Under the pieces are notes generated by a model that was given only the letters and a program-made list of their open reading frames with translations, was not told the DNA's origin and did no database searches. Source: a bacterium (GTDB lineage: Bacteria; Patescibacteriota; Minisyncoccia; Phycocordibacterales; PALSA-1337). From it: a stretch of DNA of 60,356 nucleotides. The DNA lies in NCBI GenBank assembly GCA_025355565.1, contig JANXZK010000020.1, positions 1 through 60,356 on the forward strand, in the 5' to 3' direction. A program made the position numbers and the translations under genes. The stretch's first letter is position 1. Every line of letters starts with the position of its first letter. Positions 1-8,157 of the stretch are shown piece by piece.

Positions 1-344
1 AGATTCTTGTACTCTCGAGTCGCCATACCTGTCCAAGCTCTACAAATCTCGTCCGTGAGAATGGCGAACTCCACACCTTCCTTCATGCCACCTCTTTCCC
101 ACTCGTCTGTAAGAGCTTTACGAATCTCAATAGCTTTCAACTGTACGATTTTCTCGTACACTTCACTGCCTTCATTTTTCAAACTTATCTTCAGATCTGA
201 CCAATATCTTCTAGGTATGGAGCTGCCAGTCAGTACTGCAATAACATCAACCACGGAGAAATACCATTTCTCCGATCTTTCGTCTCATTGTCGGCGAATC
301 TGCTGACCCTCGAATATAGCTAAATGCTTTTTCACGTCTGACAT
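1..344 (-). pseudogene. Bro-N domain (phage antirepressor-like) pseudogene, runs off the window
   Basis: Manual translation from ATG 344: MSDVKKHLAIFEGQQIRRQ*DERSEKWYFSVVDVIAVLT...PRRYWSDLK...VQLK-AIEIRKALTDEW. In-frame TGA at 285-287 where the family usually has W, plus an apparent internal deletion. Confidence 0.75.
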
Positions 345-399
345 ATCTCAATCTTCTCACATGAAAATGAAAAAACAATATTGACTAGGATAATTTCGT

Positions 400-471
400 G
401 TGCCCCTCGTGAGATGGAATTGGAATCAGATTGTGGCTAGTATTCGAGATTTTGAATATTTGAAACGTTAA
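400..471 (+). other. Left att site plus displaced 3' end of the recombinase gene (VPLVRWNWNQIVASIRDFEYLKR*)
   Basis: GTG CCC CTC GTG AGA TGG AAT TGG AAT CAG...CGT TAA is in frame with recombinase ...SQL-VP at 9646. Confidence 0.8.
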
Positions 472-479
472 TATTCCTA

Positions 480-1322
480 CTACACCGGAATAGCTCTGGC
501 CGGTACTATTTTCGCAATTAGAGGGCTGCAAACAATCAATATCGGGATGATCAAAGAATCTGGAGCGTAGTGGTACGAGAGATTTACGCCCAGGGCAGTG
601 ATTGAGATGATCAATATGATTATTCCTGTCCAGTTGATTCTTCCCGGATCGTAATCAGATACGAGATCATCCATATCCTTTTTTATATTTAGCAATCTTT
701 GCTTGAACTTCTGATTCTTACCTGGTAGTGGTATAAGCGAGATGATGTACCAAAAATTCACGGTAATAAATAGGAATGATGCTCCGATGAAAAACATCTC
801 GACCGGTGAGTCTGTAAGAGCATGATCTTGTGTAAAGAAAATATCGAGACTCGTAAATGCGAAATGAGATGAGGCAATACCGACAATGATGATCAGAAAC
901 CAGACATAAAGAGCAGCTTTCCATGAGTACCGAGAGTCGAATGAAAAAAGAATGTTAGCCAGGACAAACAGACTTGGGATTATTATGATTGCCGATAAGA
1001 TGGGACTTTGGATAATCGAAACGTGCTGGAAAATTATGTACACGAATATAACATTCCAGATGGCTAATATTTCTTTGTTAATTTTTAAGAGAAGTTTCTT
1101 TCGAAAAAACACTGCGTATATAATGCAGAAGATTACGGCAACGATAAACAGATGTCCGTACAGACTGTAGACGTCCTCACCTTTTCCAGGAATCAGACCT
1201 CCCAGAGCCAATACTGCTGATAAGATAATAACAACCAGATCGATCTTTTCGAACTTCTCCTGGATCAGCAAGAAAGCTTGTGCTAGTATACCCAAATAGA
1301 ATGGCAAAATACCGAGCAACAT
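480..1322 (-). CDS. Multi-pass membrane protein, unknown function
   Basis: 280 aa with many hydrophobic segments; starts 6 bp after the signal peptidase gene. Confidence 0.75.
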   Translation of the reverse strand: MLLGILPFYLGILAQAFLLIQEKFEKIDLVVIILSAVLALGGLIPGKGEDVYSLYGHLFIVAVIFCIIYAVFFRKKLLLKINKEILAIWNVIFVYIIFQHVSIIQSPILSAIIIIPSLFVLANILFSFDSRYSWKAALYVWFLIIIVGIASSHFAFTSLDIFFTQDHALTDSPVEMFFIGASFLFITVNFWYIISLIPLPGKNQKFKQRLLNIKKDMDDLVSDYDPGRINWTGIIILIISITALGVNLSYHYAPDSLIIPILIVCSPLIAKIVPARAIPV

Positions 1323-1328
1323 AGTAGA

Positions 1329-2063
1329 TTATTGTCCCAAGACCTTGCCAACGATGTCAGACAATCTAACAGGACCAAATGTTCTTGAGTCCAGGCTTGG
1401 AGCCGAATTATCGCTCATTACGAAGTATTCATCGCTTCCAAGATTTGCATTTGCATCGCCACTAATAGGATTGGCGACGTATTGATCTTGAAATAGAGAT
1501 CCATTGATAGAAAGCTGACCATCTTTGAGGGTAATTTTCTCTGAAGGCAATCCGATAACGCGCTTTATAAGATAAGCCTGGCTATTTGAGGATTTGAACA
1601 CTATTACATTATCCCTTTGAATGTTTTTGTCGAACTTTTCGATGAACAGATAAGCGCCCTGATTAAGATGTGGACTCATGCTTTGCCCTGACACGACAAA
1701 TGGTTCAATGACAAATAACCTGATTGGTACGGCAACCACGAGAGCAATTATCACCCCAACAACAATGTTAGCAACATACACCCCGAGCGATTTTCCCCAG
1801 GATGCTTGATAATATTTTTTGAAGAGTGAACTTAGAATCAAATACCCAGCTATCACTGATAAGATTTGAGCAATCACACCTAAACCTATCAAAGAAAAGA
1901 CTATGCCGGTTATACTGCTTCCAATACCGGATAACAGCACCACAAGCATCGATTTTCGATAGGAAGCATTAGAGATTTTGAAAAGCTTACTCAAGCCGAG
2001 GAGAATCGCAGAACTTATGAAAAAGCCTGCCACAGCTACTATTACAATAAGAAGAATCATCAT
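1329..2063 (-). CDS. lepB: Signal peptidase I (S26) with N-terminal multi-TM extension
   Basis: PFVVSGQSMSP (Ser), YLIKRVIGLP (Lys), DN...SLDSRTFGPV. Confidence 0.85.
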   Translation of the reverse strand: MMILLIVIVAVAGFFISSAILLGLSKLFKISNASYRKSMLVVLLSGIGSSITGIVFSLIGLGVIAQILSVIAGYLILSSLFKKYYQASWGKSLGVYVANIVVGVIIALVVAVPIRLFVIEPFVVSGQSMSPHLNQGAYLFIEKFDKNIQRDNVIVFKSSNSQAYLIKRVIGLPSEKITLKDGQLSINGSLFQDQYVANPISGDANANLGSDEYFVMSDNSAPSLDSRTFGPVRLSDIVGKVLGQ

Positions 2064-2232
2064 GATAATTATATAAGTATTAATAAATGCGCGAAATCTT
2101 AGTAATTACTTTACCACTAAATGTGCATCATAGCCACTATTGTTTCTGATGGCAGTCTATTCGCGACCGTGTACGGCCTGGCGCGCCACAAAAAATAGAC
2201 AGAAGGGTAGGAGATATTCACACAACCTAATA

Positions 2233-3165
2233 TCATTTGAAATTTATCCTCTGTTCAAAATCTTGGCATTTTTCTCTCGGGCAGGCAAATATATTTTTTG
2301 ACCGAAAATTGTCTATTGATTTTATCTCAGTAACTTCTAGTTCAACGAACATGTTTCTAATTGCTAAAACATGTAAATTATACAGACAATAATCAATAGA
2401 CTTTGAAAATGCGAGAACATTATATAAATCATTTCTTGGATTCTCAAAAATAATAGATGGTCTATATTTACTAATTGTCCTGGTTCCACCCTTCATAATT
2501 TTAAATTCATATCCTTCTGCATCAATTTTAATTATAGTTGGAGGTTCGAATCTTAGACTATCAATTGTATCAACATCGACATTTCCGCAATCTTTTTCTT
2601 GTATACTTGCTAAACCAGAATGAAAGTTATCCAAACTTTTCATACTCACATTATGAAGAATGTTATTGGATAGAGCTTTATTTATCGGTAACACATTTTG
2701 TAGATGAGCATCATTGATTAAGGATACCAAATCATTAAATATTCTTTCTTGCGGTTCAAATGCATAAATTTTTCCTTGAAATCCTGGGCTGCTTGCAATA
2801 TATCCAGTGAAATAACCCCAGTTAGATCCGATATCATAAAATACCCCATTAGAAAGAAATAAAATATCTAAAATGGCCATAACTTCTGGTTCATATCCAT
2901 CTCTTATAAATCTTTCAAAATACAAACTATGATATTGGGTATTTCTAGTATCAAAACTGCATAAATTATTATCAATCATAAAATAACCCTTTTGTTTAAT
3001 AAATGGTAATAATATTCTTGAAATTATTTTCGGTGCAGTTCGCCAACCATCAATTAATGTCGGATTTACAAGCGACTTGTTATCATACCCTAGTCTATAA
3101 AGTGAAGTAAGCAATGTACCTTTAGAGAAAGAGAATACTTTTCTGAATGGTAGTTTACGAATCAT
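2233..3165 (-). CDS. FkbM-family SAM-dependent methyltransferase
   Basis: FYDIGSNWG, YAFEP and IIKIDAEGYE motifs; ATGA overlap with the upstream metG stop. Confidence 0.9.
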   Translation of the reverse strand: MIRKLPFRKVFSFSKGTLLTSLYRLGYDNKSLVNPTLIDGWRTAPKIISRILLPFIKQKGYFMIDNNLCSFDTRNTQYHSLYFERFIRDGYEPEVMAILDILFLSNGVFYDIGSNWGYFTGYIASSPGFQGKIYAFEPQERIFNDLVSLINDAHLQNVLPINKALSNNILHNVSMKSLDNFHSGLASIQEKDCGNVDVDTIDSLRFEPPTIIKIDAEGYEFKIMKGGTRTISKYRPSIIFENPRNDLYNVLAFSKSIDYCLYNLHVLAIRNMFVELEVTEIKSIDNFRSKNIFACPREKCQDFEQRINFK

Positions 3166-4616
3166 ATATTAATCCTTGGGAATAAGCCGACTTCTGGTTT
3201 TTTGTTACGATCTAATGCCTCAATAATTTTTTTAGAAGTTTCGGGCATAAAACACACTAACGAGTTAGCGATCATGTAAAGCCTTAGTAACAAAAATCTA
3301 ATTAAACCCGCACCTTTCTCCATATCAATTTTAATTACTTTATACGGCTCTTCCTTAGAAATGTATTCATCAAGATTATTAATCTCTTTCCAAATAATAT
3401 CAATCGCCTTCTGAATATCAAAAGATTCAATTAACTCTGAAATGCCATCAAGATATTTCTTATTTTCGTCTTTTAGTGTAATACCATGTGTCTCTGATAG
3501 CTTAAGCACCCGACTCAACAGATTTCCAATACCATTGACCAAATTGGCATGATAAGCTTCGTCAAATGAACGTAGACTCATCGGAGAATCATCAAAACTA
3601 TTCACATGTCTTAATAAATAGTACCGTAGAGCGTCTGTGCCATATTTTTTATATAGGTCATAAGGATTAATTACATTTCCAATACTTTTGCTCATTTTAG
3701 TTCCACCTTCACCTGTTATGAAACCGTCTATAACTATAGTATCTGTGTTCGGTAAATCTGCTGCTAATAATATTGCCTGCCACATCGCAGATTGTTGTCG
3801 TAAATTATCTTTTCCTGCAAATTGAATTTTATAACCATCTTCCCAAAACTTTTTAAAGTTGCCATTTTTATCATTAGGCCAATCAAGTGTAGAGATATAA
3901 TTTGTCAGTGCATCAAACCAAACATACATGACATGATCATTGTCATTTGGGACAGGCACACCCCAGGGCATTTTCGTCTTCATTCGTGATATTGAAAAAT
4001 CCTTCAATCCCGATTGTACGAAGGAGGTAACCTCGCGTTTACGAAACTCAGGAATGATAAAGTTCTCTTTCGTATATATACTAAGAAGCTTTTCCTGGAA
4101 GGCTGAAAACTTAAAGAAATAGTTTTCTTCATTGATGAACTGTATATCAACCATTGGGTGTTCTGGGCATCTGCCATTTACTAAATCTGAATCATTTTTT
4201 TCTAATTCACATCCAACGCAATATTTGACACGATAGGTTGATTTATATATGTAACCGTTTATGTCACACCTCTTCCAAATTTCTTGACAAGCAGATATAT
4301 GTTTTTCATCCGTCGTTCTAATAAAATGTAGCGAGTTAATCAGATTTAAGATTTTTGATAAATCCTTGAATTCTTTCGCGTATATATCCACATATTCTTT
4401 TGGTGTTTTCCCAGACGTTATGGCCTTTTCATAAATTTTTTGGCCGTGTTCATCCGTTCCAGTATTAAAAAAGATATCCTTGCCAATCGAGGCATAGTAC
4501 CTCGCCATAACATCTGCTCTTATTATTTCCATGGCAAACCCAACATGAGGACTAGCATTTACATAAGGAAGCGTAGTGGTTATATAAATATTATTCTTTT
4601 GTTTTATGCTATTCAT
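3162..4616 (-). CDS. metG: Methionyl-tRNA synthetase (element-borne, canonical motifs)
   Basis: YITTTLPYVN..PHVG, TGTDEHGQK, CxxC..CPEH knuckle, YVWFDAL, KMSKS, NGIGNLLSR. Confidence 0.92.
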   Translation of the reverse strand: MNSIKQKNNIYITTTLPYVNASPHVGFAMEIIRADVMARYYASIGKDIFFNTGTDEHGQKIYEKAITSGKTPKEYVDIYAKEFKDLSKILNLINSLHFIRTTDEKHISACQEIWKRCDINGYIYKSTYRVKYCVGCELEKNDSDLVNGRCPEHPMVDIQFINEENYFFKFSAFQEKLLSIYTKENFIIPEFRKREVTSFVQSGLKDFSISRMKTKMPWGVPVPNDNDHVMYVWFDALTNYISTLDWPNDKNGNFKKFWEDGYKIQFAGKDNLRQQSAMWQAILLAADLPNTDTIVIDGFITGEGGTKMSKSIGNVINPYDLYKKYGTDALRYYLLRHVNSFDDSPMSLRSFDEAYHANLVNGIGNLLSRVLKLSETHGITLKDENKKYLDGISELIESFDIQKAIDIIWKEINNLDEYISKEEPYKVIKIDMEKGAGLIRFLLLRLYMIANSLVCFMPETSKKIIEALDRNKKPEVGLFPRINI

Positions 4617-4622
4617 AAATAT

Positions 4623-5945
4623 TTACTTATGGTTATTTTTATAAAATTCAGGTCTTAATGTCGATGTCATAAAGTATAATAATTCAATATTTGTATCATC
4701 AACAAAATCTAAAGAATTGAGAACATTGAGAAATTTATCAAACAACGAGATGGCTTCATAAAATTTATACATGGAAATATAACCGATAAACTTCCCTCGG
4801 TAATATGATGAGTCTATGTCACTGTCCATGCTCGCATGGAATAAATTATGTTTATCGACACAACTTGATATTAATGTACAAGATTTCATTGAGTTTTGCT
4901 TTATTATCTCTAAATCATCATAACTAAATTCGAAGTCGTCGAAAATATTATGTGATAACACGTAGAGTCGTATATCATCTGACGAATAATTGTGTGCTAA
5001 CTCATCAATACTAACTATATTACCTTTTGATTTCGAAATTTTTTCTCCGTTTTTATTTACAAATCCATGAACCATTATTTGATCGGGGAGTCTTTCTATT
5101 TTTGCCGCTAAAAGTATAAGCGGAAAATATATTGTATGAAATTTAAGAATATCCCTACCGATATTTTGAATAATAAAACAATCTTCCGACATCCATGTTT
5201 CGTAGAACAGTTTTTCATTACTAAAATAACCAACGGCATTTATATATGAGATAAGTGCTTCAAAAAATGCATACACAACATATTTATTATCTTTAAAAAA
5301 TGGAACGCCCAATTCGCCACTTTTAATTCTAGTTACATTGAAGTCATCAAAATATTTTAATCTATCAAGAGATTCAGTTTTATAAATATCGGGTATTATC
5401 TCTATCTGATTCCTTTCAAGTAACCCAAATAGTAAATCTATATGGGTAGCTATTTTCAAAAAGTAATTTTCTTCTGAAATAAATCGATAAGGTGTATTAT
5501 GTAAAGGACAGGAATTACTTTCTGGATTATTTCCAACAAATGATTCACACGACTGACAGTAATATGATTCCCATTTCTTAACATACAAAGCATTTTCATC
5601 AAAATTAGATATTATTTTATTTACCGCTCGAACATGGACATCGTTGCTAGTCCTGTAAAATATATCTACGGAAAGGCACAGTTTTTCCTTCAATTCAAGG
5701 AAAACATTACTAAAATGATCGCAGAATTCCCTGGTATCAATACCAGCTTTCTTGGCCTTTATTTCAATCTTAAAACTATTTTCGTCTGTTCCTGTTATAA
5801 AAAAAACTTCCTTTTTTAAATTTCTAAGGAATCTTGCTATCGTATCCGTTATTAATATTTCAAAACCAAATCCAATATGGGGTATTGAATTCACATACGG
5901 TAAGGATGTTGTTAGTATGTACTTTTTCTTGTTTAAATCTATCAT
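4623..5945 (-). CDS. Divergent MetRS-like class I aaRS paralog
   Basis: TTSLPYVN..PHIG, TGTDENS, CQSC..CPLH, YAFFEAL, GRDILKFH, KISKS; the C-terminal domain lacks the NxxGNLxxR motif. Confidence 0.88.
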   Translation of the reverse strand: MIDLNKKKYILTTSLPYVNSIPHIGFGFEILITDTIARFLRNLKKEVFFITGTDENSFKIEIKAKKAGIDTREFCDHFSNVFLELKEKLCLSVDIFYRTSNDVHVRAVNKIISNFDENALYVKKWESYYCQSCESFVGNNPESNSCPLHNTPYRFISEENYFLKIATHIDLLFGLLERNQIEIIPDIYKTESLDRLKYFDDFNVTRIKSGELGVPFFKDNKYVVYAFFEALISYINAVGYFSNEKLFYETWMSEDCFIIQNIGRDILKFHTIYFPLILLAAKIERLPDQIMVHGFVNKNGEKISKSKGNIVSIDELAHNYSSDDIRLYVLSHNIFDDFEFSYDDLEIIKQNSMKSCTLISSCVDKHNLFHASMDSDIDSSYYRGKFIGYISMYKFYEAISLFDKFLNVLNSLDFVDDTNIELLYFMTSTLRPEFYKNNHK

Positions 5946-5978
5946 AAATAGTTAACACATGCTACCATATTTATCTGT

Positions 5979-6809
5979 ATGAGTAAAATAATTACAGTAA
6001 ATAAATTTCTAAAACAGCAGGTTGACTATAAACGATTGAATAAACGTATTGTACTGATGTCTGGCAGTTTTGATTTATATCATCCTGGACATGTCGATAT
6101 ATTGAGAAAAGCAAAAAGATACGGTGATATTCTTGTGATTCTTCTAAATAGTGATTCATCAATAAGAAAATACAAAGGTAGAAATCGTCCTATTTTTAAT
6201 CAAAAAGAGAGGGCAAAAATTCTTGAATCAAATCAACACATAGACCATATAATCATATTTCCAGAGATTAATCCTAAGAAATATTTTTCTCTGATAAAGC
6301 CCGAGGTATTTTGTAATGGACTTGACTGGAGTAAGGATTTTATTGGTAGAGAAATTCTCGAACAAAACCGATGCAAACTAGTTTTCTTTAAGCGGGCAGC
6401 ATTATCAGCTAGTAATATCATAGAACGAATTATAAGAATATCTTCAATTAGAGAGAAGAATGGATTGATCTTTGATGAGCCTCTGTTTAATAGGCTAGCA
6501 TCTGATACCGAAGTATCTCAAAAACTTAAAGTTCTCTCTAAGGAAAAGGAAATCTACATTATCAGTCAAGATAATAAGATCTTTTGCCTTGGGTCTAATA
6601 AACAAATAAGAAAGAAAAATATTGTTGATACTCTATTATTTATGGCAAAAAGTAACGATTTTGTATTAAATCATAGTTATCTAATTTCTTCTAGGAGTGA
6701 CCTCATTGAGAGTGCTAAAGAAGTTAATGTTCACCCTATGTTTTTTGATATGCAGAATCCTGACTTTAAAAAATCTTTTTTAGCTTTTATCAATAAGATA
6801 ATGGTGTAG
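5979..6809 (+). CDS. Cytidylyl/adenylyltransferase (RfaE domain II-like) fused to a degenerate HAD/GmhB-like domain
   Basis: GSFDLYHPGH, LNSDSSIRKYKG.NRP, ERA motifs; the C-terminal LNHSYLISSRSDLIESAKEVNV resembles a GmhB tail. Confidence 0.85.
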   Translation: MSKIITVNKFLKQQVDYKRLNKRIVLMSGSFDLYHPGHVDILRKAKRYGDILVILLNSDSSIRKYKGRNRPIFNQKERAKILESNQHIDHIIIFPEINPKKYFSLIKPEVFCNGLDWSKDFIGREILEQNRCKLVFFKRAALSASNIIERIIRISSIREKNGLIFDEPLFNRLASDTEVSQKLKVLSKEKEIYIISQDNKIFCLGSNKQIRKKNIVDTLLFMAKSNDFVLNHSYLISSRSDLIESAKEVNVHPMFFDMQNPDFKKSFLAFINKIMV

Positions 6810-7034
6810 TGTTTCAAAAAGTTATCCACCTCCAATATTTGCATCCATTTCTAGCGGAGTTAGAATTACACCATATAAAGCCCATCGGGCAGTCCATATA
6901 CGTATGGATCGAGCGCTTGACGCTACTCTCCAAGTAGAGAGAAAAGAAACTTAACGAGGCATCATCTGTGACCTCACCTATGCGTATTTCGATATACGCT
7001 CTCTGTTCTTAATAAGTACACAATCATGCCGGAA

Positions 7035-7092
7035 GCCGTCCCAGCGGATGCTTTAGCGCCGCGGGACGGCGGGAGGGTTGACTTGATTATAG
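7035..7092 (+). promoter_or_regulatory. Putative double-strand origin (GC hairpin plus CTTGAT nick-like motif)
   Basis: GCCGTCCC...GGGACGGC hairpin at 7035-7070, then ACTTGATTATA at 7081, directly upstream of rep. Confidence 0.5.
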
Positions 7093-7134
7093 GCACACTT
7101 AAAGAGAACTCATTATCAATCTAATTCTACTTGG

Positions 7135-7959
7135 CTGGTAACTAAACTAACCCATTCCAAGCTCATCATCTCCGGCTCCACCATAGAGTCATACGAGTAC
7201 AAAGAAAAATCACTCGCATATGGGTTCTCAAACTCCAAGGGTAAAAGTCGAAAGAAAATAGTCGTCGTCAACGAAGAGACACGATTGAAGAAGATCGAAT
7301 CCAGGAAGCGTTCCATGCAACGCTCCAATTCCAAGCTACGCCGATTGGTCAACGCCAATGCTTGGAAGTGGACTAAATCTGACAGCATGCCATATCCACC
7401 TGTCTTTGCCACCTTCACATTCAAGGAAGACCTGAAGGATATCAAGACCGCCAATAGGATCTTCTCTCACTTCGTCAAACGTCTTAATTATGAGCTAGGC
7501 CATACAAAAAAGTCATTCCTGAAATACATAACCGTAATTGAATTTCAGGACTTTAGCCGTGATGGCGTCGTCCATTATCACAGCATCTTCTTTAACCTTG
7601 AATATATTCGCAAGGATATTTTGGCTGATATTTGGGGCCAAGGTTTTGTCCATATCCGAGCAATTGATCAGGTAAGCAACGCCGGAGCTTACGTATCAAA
7701 ATATCTGGTCAAGCACTTCGAGGATGATCGTCTCGACGGACAAAAGCGATACTTCTCATCTCGTGGATTGCACAAGCCCATTGAAATATTGGATCAATTC
7801 AAAGCTGATTCTATCTCATCTTTGATCCCTGCTCCATATCTGGCCAAGCAGAAAGAATTCATGAGCAAGTATCAGGGCAAGGTCGAATACAAGCAATATC
7901 TGTTGGATAGGACGCAATCGTTAAACGATGTCGTTCCGGATCTCGACCTACTCCTATGA
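7135..7959 (+). CDS. Rolling-circle replication initiator (HUH endonuclease); start uncertain (CTG 7135 or TTG 7285)
   Basis: FATFTF (motif I), EFQ..RDGVVHYH (motif II), YVSKYLVK (motif III); frame open from 7093. Confidence 0.85.
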   Translation: MVTKLTHSKLIISGSTIESYEYKEKSLAYGFSNSKGKSRKKIVVVNEETRLKKIESRKRSMQRSNSKLRRLVNANAWKWTKSDSMPYPPVFATFTFKEDLKDIKTANRIFSHFVKRLNYELGHTKKSFLKYITVIEFQDFSRDGVVHYHSIFFNLEYIRKDILADIWGQGFVHIRAIDQVSNAGAYVSKYLVKHFEDDRLDGQKRYFSSRGLHKPIEILDQFKADSISSLIPAPYLAKQKEFMSKYQGKVEYKQYLLDRTQSLNDVVPDLDLLL

Positions 7960-8141
7960 TCACCATCGAGGAGCTGAAAAAACTTGAGCCGGAATTAGCA
8001 GACAAAAGCGACAAAGAAGTTACTGTCATTCGTAATCTCCTCTACCAAGCTGCCAATCTTGCTCTTGAGAATTTCTTCGAGGACAAAAGCGGTTCCAAAA
8101 ATCCCGTTGGGTTATTGACTTCATCAGAGCAGGTGAAATAA
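7956..8141 (+). CDS. Small protein between rep and recombinase (candidate directionality factor or regulator)
   Basis: 61 aa; ATGA overlap with the rep stop and 16 bp before the recombinase. Confidence 0.65.
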   Translation: MITIEELKKLEPELADKSDKEVTVIRNLLYQAANLALENFFEDKSGSKNPVGLLTSSEQVK

Positions 8142-8157
8142 TTATCATGTAAAAAAT

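Noticed and set aside
285-287. In-frame TGA at a Trp position suggesting a recoded genetic code
   Set aside because: TGA terminates lysS, mraZ, murF and dnaB normally and the long genes have no internal TGA; a nonsense mutation is simpler.
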